64,000 bases of DNA from Oikopleura dioica (taxonomy: Eukaryota > Animalia > Chordata), in contig OU015568.1 of the NCBI GenBank assembly GCA_907165135.1, positions 10,416,001-10,480,000 of the forward strand, given 5' to 3'. A program made the position numbers and the translations under genes. This document shows positions 26,245 to 38,785 of this stretch, piece by piece (positions within the stretch are counted from its first letter, which is position 1; the number at the start of each line of letters is the position of its first letter). The notes below the pieces were generated by a model. The model saw only the letters and a program-made list of their open reading frames with translations, did no database searches and had not been told where the DNA came from.

Positions 26245-26514
26245 ATGACAGAAAATGAGAAAAGCGTGGAAGATAAAGAAGAGTACCCGACGGATCCAAA
26301 AGCAATTGGAAACATCGTCTTCATTTTCATCATAATTATGGTGCTTGCGATCAAGTCCTGCTACAGTGTTTATTATCAGAGCAAAGTCACCAAGTCCAAG
26401 AGTCTAACAGAAACTTCGTAAGTCTGCACTTATTTATGCTCTATTGTTAACTTGCAATTCAAATTCAGATCCGTGGATGATGAAGTTTTTTCAATCGAGG
26501 TCACAGAAGTCTGA
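26245..26514 (+). CDS. Small single-pass membrane protein (about 72 aa, 2 exons)
   Basis: MTENEKSVED...IGNIVFIFIIIMVLAIKSCY; GTAAGT..TTCAG intron keeps frame to the stop. Confidence 0.45.
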
Positions 26515-26681
26515 CAGATAACAATACGGATTACGAATTCATAACCTCCTTTCATCTTATATTCTGATGCCATTTCAATACAGAAATTCATTTTCATTTT
26601 CAATTTGAAAGTTTCAAAGATGCGTTTTAATATTTGATCATTCTGTTCGATGCCAAGATGATCCGAAAGATCAAATTAACT

Positions 26682-27240
26682 ATGAAGATTACAACGAGTA
26701 AGTGTATGCTCTTTTTCCTTAAAATTTCTGCTGTTTTTTCGGCCGAGTGCCCCACATATGAGTGGTATGATCAGGTGTCATTAAATTATGAGGATGCTGT
26801 CGATTTTTGTTCAAGCAAAGGAGGTGCTCTAGCTACATTTCGTGATAATGCAGAATACCTTATCGTAAGTTTTAAGAAATTATCTTGATATAAGTCTAAT
26901 ATAGTTTTTTACTAAATTCTCGGGAAAATCATTCATTTACGTTGGTGGAAACGCATTTACAACTAAATGTGATTTTCGATCTGAATGCGGCGAAGAAATT
27001 TATATTCCCTGGAATAATAACGAGCCCAATTTATGCCATGTGAATGAGGACTGTATGGCCTTTCATTATACAGGAGTAGCCGATATTTCTTGCGATTGGA
27101 CTCTCACAGTCTCGTGCAAATTTGACTGTACGCCTGATCCGTCACTTTCAGTCAACGTTGCAAATATCCCTGGTTATGAAACGTACCTCAACTGCAGTGC
27201 CTCCGAAATTTATACAAGGATAAGGGATGAATTATATTGA
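26682..27240 (+). CDS. Secreted C-type lectin
   Basis: Signal peptide, LNYEDAVDFCSSKGGALAT, WNNNEPN (EPN motif), EDCM...DISC. Confidence 0.8.
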
Positions 27241-27293
27241 ACAATTTGCAAGTTCATTTATTTTTTGTTTATGAAGCATAGGTAATGAAGAAT

Positions 27294-28944
27294 TTAGTCA
27301 CTCTCTGGAACTGGCGAGACTTCTTCTCCATCGCGGTTCAACAGATCAATCACATTTTCTAAAAATATAAATTTTTGCTCAATTGCGACTCTACTTAGTT
27401 AGGACTCCTTACCAGCAGGGCTCATTTCATCTTCCATCTCAACCAGAATTTCCTCATCATCACTATCTCTGTACGAATGTTCCAGCGCAGTGAAGCTTGT
27501 TCGAAGTTTGAATTCGTGTTGGTCGGATACTATGAAAATGATTACCCCAAGATATTTTCCGTATTTTACCTAGCTGTTCACGAATTTGACTCTTGTGCCT
27601 CGATTCCAGCATTTCTTGCTGATGTTTACATTCGCCATACGTTTTGCAGCAGTATGGCTGCAGAGTTTGGATCTTGTCGATGTTCACGTCTTGGATGAAT
27701 TCGGTAACATTCAAGATTCGTACAAGAATCTCGTTCTATTCTAGCTTTATCAAATAATGGAAAGCGAGCCTATAAATATTGATAAAAGTCAGTTCCTGAA
27801 CAAGAGTATCTCGCGTGACATCATCATCACAGTTGGCAATAACATCAAAAATGTCGAATAAAAGACATGTCGTGACAGGCAATTCTGGGCGCAAATCTTG
27901 GCTTTTCCAACTTTCTTCTTTCAATAAAGCGCTAATGATCGTTTTTATTTCTCCGTATTTCAATGTGTTGATAACTGGCGGTTTATAATTCTGAAATTCA
28001 TCGAGTAATTGCTTCCAATATTAACTCATTTGTTTACTGTACCTCGAGAGTCTGCTTGATAGCAGCGACCATCTTTGCGACGCGAGGATTCTCCTCCTTT
28101 AGGAATGCCAAAAATTATTGTCAATGTCATTCTTGTAGACGCATAAAACTTTTATCAAAACGTTCTTCAATGACATTGGCAAAAACGCCGATGTCAATTT
28201 GTTGCGACTAGATGAGTTTAACGCTGAGAACAGTTGACGTTCCCGAGCCTGCCTGTGGATGAACAAAAAGAGAACATCGCAAATATGCTGGATGTTGGCG
28301 ATATTCCGCGCGTAATATTCTCGTTCCTGAAACCGTGCCAGCGCTGTCGTTACACTGGATGGATCCTTTTTTGAATTATGATAATCAGTTTCGTAAACGA
28401 ATTAACCTCAAACATGCAGCAGCTTTCCGGGCAACGATGGCGGCAGCATTGCACCAAAAATTTAACAACGATTTTGCAAATGTGATCGAATTCGTAGTAG
28501 AGCGCAGTTTGAAGCAAGTCGCAAGCCTGGGTGAAGGTCAAAGATGAAACATCTTGACAGTAAACAGCGTCCAGCAGATTTCGGAGAGTAGTTTCTTTAA
28601 CATTTGTTTGGATTCGCTTATCTGTTCCTTCTTTGAATCCACTTTCGAGCATCACCTTTTGAACGTTAGAATAGAGATACAATATAAATAAGTCTTTACT
28701 GGTTGATATAATCGATAAATACCCGAAAGACTTCGCTTTGTGCTGTTATGAGAGAGGAATGAGCAGGATATCCGGCTCCATTCGAAGCGATTATCAAAAT
28801 ATCGCAATTAACATTCTTCTGTCTTTGTTGTTGGAGGCTACTTTATGCAGGTCAAAGTTGGAAATTCAAGATTTTTTGATTGAACAAAATTTGGACCTGG
28901 CCATCAAGAGCTTCGAGTGCAGCATTAGACGTATTGAAAACCAT
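27294..28944 (-). CDS. BTB/POZ-domain protein
   Basis: NCDILIIASNGAGYPAHSSLITAQSEVFR|VMLESGFKEG...LRNLLDAVY...ACDLLQTALYYEF; downstream exon structure only partly resolved. Confidence 0.65.
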
Positions 28945-29855
28945 TTTTTCTTCCGTATTTTATCTCTTGTAGAACAAAAAAATCGCCTTTTTGGTATTGT
29001 TCGAGGAGGGATATTTGCCAAGCTTCAAAATTTCAAGTTGAAAAAAATCCCGCCCGCAGCGAGTGAGAGGCAGCTGACCTCATTTTTAGTTGAACAGAGT
29101 ACCTATTATGTAACGCCTCAACTTGAGGCCTTTATATTGATACATGCAGTGAAAATATTTTTTGCGTTCCATAAGGGCTGATATCATTTTATGTCGTGCC
29201 CATCAATGCAAACAAGAGTATTCAACATCGTGTACATAAAATATGCCTTGCAAATCTTTGAAAAATTAAGATCAACTAATCATCACCGATCTAATTAAAG
29301 TAGTCCCCACATTCATAATTTATTCGTCAATTGTGCATAAGACTCATTTTTCATCAAATATAGCGCCCTCTGGCGACCGTCCTTAGCATCTAAAAAAGAA
29401 GATTTCATGGAATTACCGTCAGTTGTACTCGAAGAGGAATGATTTCAACTGGAAGAAGCTCGAATGTGGGCGATTACTTTGAAAAGAGCATGGTCTGGGT
29501 AAGTTTTCAATGCTTTCAAATAGAAAATGGATTATTTTAGCTGGCTGTTATCTATTCCTTTATTTTGATCATTAGCTGGATGGTGCAATGAACGACTAAT
29601 GCGATGCCACATCTGTATAATTGTTCTGTCAAACAAAGTTATTCAAAAGCATTTTATAACCTTCACATTGCATATATTTTTGGAAATAGAAATGGCAAAC
29701 TATTCAACGTCAGTGTTGTACTTGAAAGAAGAAAGACAATAATTGGATTACCTCCGTCTGAATTTGCTTATTGGCTTTTGCATAAAATATGTCGCGGCGA
29801 GTAACTTTTGGCAAAGTGTATTTTGAGTATATCAGTAAAAAGCTATAATATAAAT

Positions 29856-30663
29856 TTACATGATTTGGGCTTGTTTCTGTCTTCTAGTGAGCCACAGAAG
29901 AACGCCAAGGGGACAAAGGGAGGATAGAAAGAAGACTCCTGAGATTACAGCGTTACCGCGGAGGTTTTCGAAGCCATCAGGGCAGAGTTCATTGACGGAG
30001 GCCTTTTTAATGCTCATAATTTTCTGTTGAGAAGATAGATTTTTACAGAAATTTTGAACATTTCCTGAGGGATAGAAAGTGCTTCCATGTCAGACTTGCA
30101 GTGCAAGGCGTCTTTGTAATTCATCTCTCCTTCAATGATGGGAATGACACCAGCCATCAAATTCAATACGATGGAGAGCCCGATCCACACTTGCTCTGCC
30201 AAGTTCCACGAGAATATGCCGTATGTAGACGGGAGCGGGGACATGTACAAAATAGTCGACAACATGGCGGCAATGAAAACGAGTAGTCCAAATCCTCGGG
30301 CAGAGAGTAATGAGCGTTGAGAAAGGCAGTCAGCATGCAGAAATACGATATTTTCATCTTGCTCGAGCATTTCCTTCTCTTTCTCGAGGAAATCTTTGTC
30401 GCATACCATTCCTGGGGCGGACATTAAAAGCCTGTAAAATTTTTGATAACACTTTTAAAATCGCACTTCTAGTCAAACCTATGTGGAATGGAAACTTGTC
30501 CAACTGTCATTTCGTATTCCATGCTCATCTTTACCGAGGAGAAATCTCTTGAGAGGATAATAACCGGAACGAGCGTAAGAAAAAGCACCATGACTTTGCA
30601 AATGAACGAGTATGTGCGAAGATAGGCGAAACCCGTCACTGACTCGTCGGTGAAAAATGCCAT
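29856..30663 (-). CDS. 4-TM protein with claudin/PMP22-like topology
   Basis: TM1, a Cys-containing loop (MVCD...ADCL), TM2-TM3, second loop, then TM4 (AVISGVFFLSSLCPLGVLLWL) and a short tail. Confidence 0.55.
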
Positions 30664-30844
30664 TTTATCAATGTAAATAAGAACTCAGAAAAAAAGGGAT
30701 GAATCTGTGATGCGGGTCAATGCCTGCTGTCAAACAGCCCAAGGGCGCGACGGCGGAATTTCATCCCTTTCACGGAGGTTGTTGAATATTTTACTTTATT
30801 TTACAGATAGTAGCGTAATTGCACAAGGTAACAGAATTACAAGA

Positions 30845-32479
30845 CTAGGACAGTGGTAAGCATAAATTATAATAAGAGTCGGTCTTCCAGAAATCAGGTC
30901 CTTTCCAGTAAACGCCTTTATCCTAAAATGAAATTTAACAGAGACTTCATTTGTCCTTTATCAACCTTAATATTTTTCCCAAGATGAGGGCCTGTGTAAT
31001 GCGGATCCAGAATCAAAAAGGAGCAAGCACCCGAAAGCTCATCATAAGCAACTCCGACGATTGTGTGTGCTAGAACTCCGCCCCCAATCATAATTGGTGT
31101 TCCTTCAGTTTCGAAGTGCTCGATCAGTTCTGGGACCTTTTCAGCAATTTCTGAGCCAGAGGCGACGTTGATGATTTTTGAGTCGCATCCGACGAGTTCG
31201 TTGAGCATCATTTGCACCTCAAAGCTTCCAATCCACTAGAATCAATGTTATTTTTTGAAGAAATCTTGTCGTTACCTCTCTGCTATTAATGAACGATTTT
31301 TCCTTGTCACCGAGTCTGACGAGAGTCTTTTGAATCTCTTGGTGAGTTGGAGGCTTTTTGTCCGTCTTGTTGGCGAGATAGAACCACGAATGACAAGTTT
31401 GAAGACTTCTATAAGCACATCCCCAGCCTGTATCGTTCATTGCTTGCTGTCCGTAATGATAGTATCCGTATCTAACTAAAGTTTTCATAGATTCAGTGAA
31501 ATAGGCCAGTGCGCTTACGTTTGGTGAATTTCACGATGGGTAAGTCCGGCGTTTTCAAAATTTCATGGACGTTGATAAGAACATCAAGATTAGGATTTCT
31601 AGGAATTTGAAAGGTGTGCTCTTCTTCATCTCTTCCAGTAAGATTCGGCATATTTTGATGCTTACTGTGTTTACTCATCGCTGAACAAATTTCTCGAAGC
31701 CAGTTTTCATCTATCAATCGGTCTTCATTTCTTATTACGGGCAGGCAAATTGGAAGTTTCTCCTCGTTGGTGTAGAATCCAGCAAACTCAATTCTACGTT
31801 TAGCGCGGAGATTTTCAGGGTTTAGGGAACCAAGATTCATGTTGAGAAAAGTCCCTTGCTCGCGGATCGCATCACAAAGGCCATTCCAGATTTCTGATAT
31901 TTTCTTTGCTTGCGGAAGGAGTGTTTTTACGCAGATAGGTTGACTGACAACTGTTTAACGGGTTCACAGATGTATTATTTTCATAAGAATTGTAGAAATT
32001 GATTAAGAACCCTTTCCGATAGACTTTGACTCATTCACGCGAACTTGTCGATTTTCCAAACTCACGCTGGATAGGAAATCAAACTTGAGAACAGAATCGG
32101 CACTTGCATTCATCACTTGCTTCAAAGTCGAGTGTTCTTTTAGCGGACTTTTGATTTGAGTCGTTCCTTCGCTCAAGTAAATTCCAAGTTCTTTGTTTCT
32201 CAGAGCAATTCTTGCGTTTTCTACGTTCTTTTTCGCATTCAATCGAGCAAAGTCGCAATGGTTGAACCAACCGTGAACTTCTACTTGCACGAAATTTTTG
32301 GAAATATCTGTTTTCAATAATGAGACAGGTTCAGGTTCACACTCTTCGCAAGCATTCTTCCAGCCGTGAAGGGGTTCACTCCAAGCTGGATTGCTAAACT
32401 TCAGTGGGAGGGTATCGTCTTCTGCTCGTTTGTCTTGAACCATTCTTTTGCCTCTGAATACTCTGTGTAAGAGAATCAT
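30845..32479 (-). CDS. UFSP2: Ufm1-specific protease 2
   Basis: [23 protein letters not shown] (Cys box), [31 protein letters not shown] (DPH box), WKGPDFW...YNLCLP. Confidence 0.94.
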
Positions 32480-33039
32480 GCTCACGAGTCATTAAAGAAG
32501 TTCGATATTTAGAATTTTTGGCAAGGGTAAGAGGAAAGGAGATCACTCAAGAAATATATATTATTGATGGATATTCGTTCTTTTGAAACATCATTTTATA
32601 AATTATAAAACTCGTATGCAGCAGACAGGAACCATAAACATATGAGGAGGATCGAGATTATCTCTGGCGCGGATTTCCAACTCGCCTTTGAGTGGTTATT
32701 CTCGGCCAATCAGTAGTCCGTATTCTCGCTTCGTCCAAATAAAATGACTCGGCCGAGTGACACGTAGCCACCAATTCTCAGCTATCCCTTTTATCACTGT
32801 TCAATGTCCTGAAAGTTCTGTTTTAGCACCCACAGTACTCTGCTCGATCATCTCAAGAGGAAATCTGAAGAAAAAAGTCTGAAAATCCGCTTCAAAGATT
32901 AAATTTTACGAGCTTTTTGTTAAAAATTATCGATTTTGGCGGCTAATTTATTCAGATACTCCTCTCAAGATTTGAATATCCCCTTTATTCTCTGATTCAA
33001 AATCTGAAAAGCAGATTTCGTTTATGGTTTGTTAAGATT

Positions 33040-36000
33040 ATGCAACCGAATGGGTTCGGACCCCGGGAGGATTCCAGCCTCCTTCCTCACAGTTCCAACA
33101 AATGAATCTCGGCCCTCCTCGCCCAGGCCAGCCCGGTCCAACTCCAATTTCTGCCCCGGGAATGGCCCCAGTAATGTCGACAGGGATGCCTAACCAACAG
33201 ATGCCAGGCATGCCGCCTAAACCAGGAATGCCTCCACAGATGCCGGGACAGTCGCCGATGCAGCCACAAATGGGCGGTTTGCCCCCAATGTCACAGCCAG
33301 GAATGGCGCCAAGGCCGGCTATGCCAGGTCAACCTCCTCAGAATCCAGGAATGTCTCCTAGACCTGCTATGCCAGCAACACCAGGAATGCCTCCTATGGG
33401 AAGTCCCGGAATGTCTCCAATGTCACAGCCAGGAATGCCACCAAGGCCAGCGATGCCAGGAATGCCGCCAAGTCCGAACATGGGTCCAGGAGCCCCTCAA
33501 ATGAATCATATGAATAATGGTCCACCGAGACCCGGAATGCCCGGTCCACCACAGCCTGGAATGCCTCAACAATCGGGCATGCCTTCACAACCAGGAATGC
33601 CTCCACGACCAGGCATGCCTCCACAGCCTGGGATGGCCCAACAACCCGGTATGCCCCCACAAACGGGAGGTATGCCACCCCGACCTGGAATGCCCCCAAT
33701 GGGAGGGCCACCACAACAAATGGGTGGCCCACCGCGCCCAGGAATGGGCCCTGGAGCTGGAATGGGTGGCTATCCACAACAACAGAGACAAAAACTGGAC
33801 CCAGACTCGATTCCATCGCCAATCGAAGTAATGCAAAATGATCAAGCAATTTTCGACGACCAGACATACACGACAGATAAGGGTGCAGTTCCACCTGCTT
33901 GTACGACAAAGATTAAAAGGTTATTTTATGAGAAAACGATAGATCCAAGTACAGGAGTAACGAAAGTGATCTTAAAAAGGTTTTGAGGTGCACCAAATTA
34001 GATGGTGTCATCTTCATTTTTAACAAACTAACATCTTCGACCACCCTTTAAGATAGTTACTATATTTGCAACGAACTAAACGCGTTTTAGGGGAATCCAA
34101 GATGCCGGTTCCTGTTCCCCCAGATACGTTCGATCTTCTTTATATTCTCTTCCAGCTACATCCGAAATGGCGAAGCAAACGCAGATCCCGATGACATTGA
34201 GTATTAACGCAATGGCTGAACCTGATCAAGGAGAACCTCCAGTTCTCCTGGCTGATTTTGGAGAATTCGGTCCTCTGAGATGCAAAAGATGCAAAGCATA
34301 CGTCTGCCCTCAGTGGAGATTTATCGAAGGCGGCAGATCCTTCCAGTGTCACTTGTGCCACGCTGTTACAGAAGTGCCTCAGCATTACTTCCAAATGACC
34401 GATCATATGGGCTACCGAATGGATCGCCAGCAGAGGCCAGAATTGTGCCGTGGCAGCTATGAGTTCCTCGCAACGAAAGACTATTGCACCAATAATAAAT
34501 TGCCTGATCCGCCAGGATTCATTTTCGCTATCGATGTCTCGTATAATGCCATGCGGACAGGACTCGTAAGTTTGCCTCTTTTGAATTTTCGTTGAGATTG
34601 CTTTAGGTGCACATGGTCTGTGAAACTATTCCTAAAATTCTTGACAGTCTACCGAGAAATCCCGAAACTGGAGAATGTCCCGTCAAAGTCGGTTTTGTGA
34701 CTTACTCGCATACAATTTCCTTCTTCAATTTGAGCGAAGACCTGAGCCAGCCCCAAATGATGGTATACTGATCCGCAAATATTGGAAATATATATTTATA
34801 TACAACCAAAGTTCTTATATAAATTTCTTCTATCAGGTCGTTGGAGATTTGGAAGAAATCTTCACGCCTCTACAGCGCGGTTTCCTCGTCGATCCAGACA
34901 AATGCAAAGAAAACATTGATTTATTACTAGGTCAAATTCCACAGGTATTTATTTGTTTTGAATTCTTTTCTCTAACGGAATTCTCAAAGCTAAATCCCCA
35001 ACCAGCTCCTGATGCATGTTTCCTGCCAGTCGTTCAAGCCGCCGCTCAAGCTTTTGATTCCTGCCAACGCGCTGGTAAACTGTTCCTGTTCCACTCTTCG
35101 CTGCCCACTGTTGCTGCTCCTGGAAAATTGCAGAACAGAGATGACAGAAAACTCATAGGTGCGGTCTTTGTTGTTTCTTCTCTATAAATAAATTTTTAGG
35201 TACTGACAAAGAAAAATTCCTCTTCCAAGCTGCTGACAAAATCTACGAAAAGGTTGGAAAAGATCTCGTTGCTGCGTCAACTTCTGTGGAACTCTTCCTC
35301 TTCCCATCTCAGTATGTTGACGTTGCTTCTATGGCACATGTCTGTCATCTCACAGGCGGCACACTTTACAGATATCCGGTAAGGTTTTATTTCGCTTCCT
35401 CTCGATTCTTATTGTAAATTTTTAGTTTTTTGATATCAACAAGGACAGGGAACAATTTACATCAGATGCGATTCGAGCTGTTACTAGACAAACGGCGTTT
35501 GACGCTATTTTGAAAGTGCGAACTACTGCTGGACTGAGAGCTGTTGATTTTGTCGGTTCTTTTTATATGACAAATACACAGGTTTGTTGTTCATTCTCTT
35601 CCTTAGAACTTACCTTGCTCTAGGACGTTGAGTTGGCTGCATTGGATGCTGATAAGGGAATCGCAATCGAGTTGAAACATGACGATAAATTGAACGAATC
35701 TGAAGGTGCAGCTGTTCAAGTCGCACTGCTGTACACTTCTGTCTTTGGCGAAAGACGCCTTAGAATTCACAATTTACAGGTTCCTTAACTGAATACGTTT
35801 CGTTTCTCAACTTTCCTAGCTCGGCGTAATCAGCCAACTAGCGGACGTATACAAAGTTGCAGAAACAGATGCGATGATGAATTTCTTTTCCAAACTGGCG
35901 GTCAGAAGTTGCAGAGACACCTCGCCACAGAAGCTCAAAGAAGGTTAGCGGCCCATCCCGTTTCAATTTTGTAACAGAAAGTGTTTAGGATTAATTCAAC

Positions 36001-36797
36001 GCTTTTCAAATATTCTCGCTACCTATCGAAAACATTGCGCTGATCCTAGCTCAATTGGCCAGCTGATTCTCCCTGAAAGACTAAAGGTAAATTCCTGCCC
36101 TTCTTTACTGCCTTTAAAATCAATTCCTAGGTCATGCCAGCATATATGAATTCTTTGTTATGCGACGACGGCATTTTCCCCCATCACGAAACAAATACGG
36201 ACGACCGGGCTTATCTCAGGCAGAAAATCTTGCAGATGAATGTTCGAGCTTCTTGCGCGTATTTCTATCCATGTGTTTATCCTATTCTTAATACTGCGTT
36301 GGATCCCGCACTTCCCAAACCTTCTTTGAGATGTTCTATCGAAAGATTCAAACAAGAACAGGTAATATTCACCGTGTAGCAATTTTTTACACTCTCTAGG
36401 TTTATGTTATTGAAAATGGACTTCAATTGTACATCTGGGTCGGCCAAAATGTCACTCCAAACGACGTGCAATCAATTTGGGGAGTCAACTCTCCCCTGGA
36501 GGTCCCCGACGGTCTTCCAAAGCTAGAAACCGAGCAAAACAGTACGATGAATCAGCTGATGGCCAGTTTAGCGACGCTAAGAGGACGAAACTTAAAACCA
36601 ATAATTATTCGATGTGGGCATCCAGACGCCAAAATAACAGAATCGCGAATGCGAAGACTAATGGTTTGTTGCTATTTTGAGTAAGCAATTCGCGCTTACC
36701 GAATTTTAAGAACGAAGACAGTAAAGGCGCCGGCACAACCTCCTATGTCGACTTTCTCGTTCACGTACACAAAGAAATCCGTCAGTTACTAAGTTAA
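33040..36797 (+). CDS. SEC24C: COPII cargo adaptor SEC24C/D
   Basis: Pro/Gly/Met-rich N-terminus, [12 protein letters not shown], zinc finger RCKRCKAY...[15 protein letters not shown] trunk, gelsolin-like end [18 protein letters not shown]. Confidence 0.95.
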
Positions 36798-37349
36798 CAA
36801 ACTGAGAACTAGAATTTTCCGAATCGTGCAGCCTACGTATTATCCTCCTTATTCTCTATCGTTTGTTGTACCTAGGCACAATTCATTATTTGAAATTTCG
36901 ACCTTGTTAAACCCCATTCTATTCTGTGCTTTTGTTCATCTCAAACTCGTGCAATATAACTTATATTTCCGAAGGATATCCAGTATAAGTAAAAGTAACG
37001 ACTGTAAAAGTTCCCAAAAAGTTTCGTCGCCGGTGAGTTAATGTATCCGGTGCGTATCATTCTATTTTCAGTTTTTGTATCTTCAAAATGACATTAGGAA
37101 AAATTACATCCTGGTTCTAATTAAATTATTCTTTTGGGAGATCGAGGGAGAAGTTATTATCAATTTCCGATCTTAGAGAAAATGAGAAATAATCTTAACA
37201 GAGTTCATCGCAATTAATGTATTTATCAAGTGCAATATCTTCTTTTTAAAAACTAAAATACAAAATTATTGAACATTTCTAACAAAAAGTCTTCGCTGAG
37301 AAATTCTGCAGAACGCGCCGTTTCTTGCGTCTAATCGTGCTCTTATAGA

Positions 37350-38124
37350 ATGGGCGGGCATGGGCATTCGCATAGTTGTGGGGGAGGTTGTGATCACTCG
37401 CTGCAGTATGAGTTTTCAACTGATTTCAGGCAGGGTTTTCAAGCCAATCCTCGCATTATCATCAAGCAAGATAGCGTTAAATGACCCTCTATAAGTTTAT
37501 ACACGAAGATCAACGACTCTACTTTCGAGTGTCTCGGCGAAGAAGTCGACGGCTCGGGTCGAAAAGTTTTCAAAAGCTATGAAGATAGGATGGAAAAAGA
37601 GACTTTTGTGAATTCTGACTGTGACCCAGAGCTCTTGTTCAATATCCCTTTTAATGGAAACGTAAAGATTTTCTCAATAATAATCATCGGCGGAGAAGAC
37701 GGGGAGCAACCGACAAAAGTTAAAATCTTCAAGAACTCGCCCGGAATGACTTTTGATGACGCTCAAAGCAAAACAGCGGACCAGGAGATCGATTTGAGGT
37801 TTGATTATTTGCTTGACAATTTTGTTAAATCCCCGTAGTCCAGATCCAAAAGGCGATTTGCAATATCCACTGAAAGCTGCCAAGTTTAGCAACGTTTTTC
37901 ATTTGTCACTTTTCTTCCCGAGTTCTGTTGAAGACGAAATCTCTAAGGTACAGGAGTCTTTCCTGATTTCAATAAATAATTATCAGGTCTACTACATCGG
38001 ACTCAGAGGAGAATTTCAAAAGGCCGATCGCGATCAAATCCTCGTCGCAAACTATGAACTCAATGCAAACCCTGCTGATCACAAGAATCCACTTTCAGAA
38101 TCATCTGGTCATCAGATTTCTTAA
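37350..38124 (+). CDS. PITHD1: PITH domain-containing protein 1
   Basis: MGGHGHSH start, FVNSDCDPELLFNIPFNGNVK, YYIGLRGEF, NYELNANPADHK. Confidence 0.93.
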
Positions 38125-38785
38125 ATACTGAGAAAGCTTTCTAAAAGTTCAAATTTCAGCTAATTCACATGTTACCAAATAAAAACGGACAAGTTAGAAA
38201 AACGACCTTGGATATAATGTATTTGCGCAATTATAAGTTGAACAGATTGCTGGTATATTCAATTTTCATAATTGATGCCACGTCCCATTATCAATCCTTT
38301 TCATATTATTAAACTAAAACCGGGGCCGAATATGCATATTTCTTCCCCTAGGAAAGATCTCGATTCAAGAGAGTTTCAATCGCCTCTTGAATCTACTAGT
38401 AGTTTGCGGTTTCCGGAATTTCGGTGGAAGAGAACACCTCAGCGAGTTTCGTGAGTAACTCGTATTTAGTTTCGCTTGCTACGTGTTCTTCCTTAGTTAC
38501 TTGCTTAGAAGTATAGTAAAGTAGTAAACTACTAGAGTCGGAAGGCTCCTCACTATTTCTTAAAATAAGCGCTGACTGGCTACGATCCAATTGTATCCGG
38601 TAAACGTGTAATCTTAATCGTATAAGACACTCTTCGTTCGATAGCACTTGAAAAATTTTCTTCAATCACATCCGCAGTTATTTAATTTTTCAAACGATAC
38701 AGATGACTTTTTGTTTTTAAAATATATAAATTTATTCATGCAAGAGCAAAATGCAATCAGGCAAGGTTCGTTTGAGAGTTCGCAA

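Noticed and set aside
28738-29181. 147-aa plus-strand ORF
   Set aside because: Antisense to the BTB gene 5' end, TTG start, no domain.
33087-33909. Antisense and alternate-frame ORFs over the SEC24 N-terminus
   Set aside because: Shadows of the Pro/Gly/Met low-complexity coding repeat.
34946-34990. Apparent GT-CG 33-nt intron in SEC24
   Set aside because: A canonical in-frame AG 12 nt downstream gives a 45-nt GT-AG intron, which is the simpler model.
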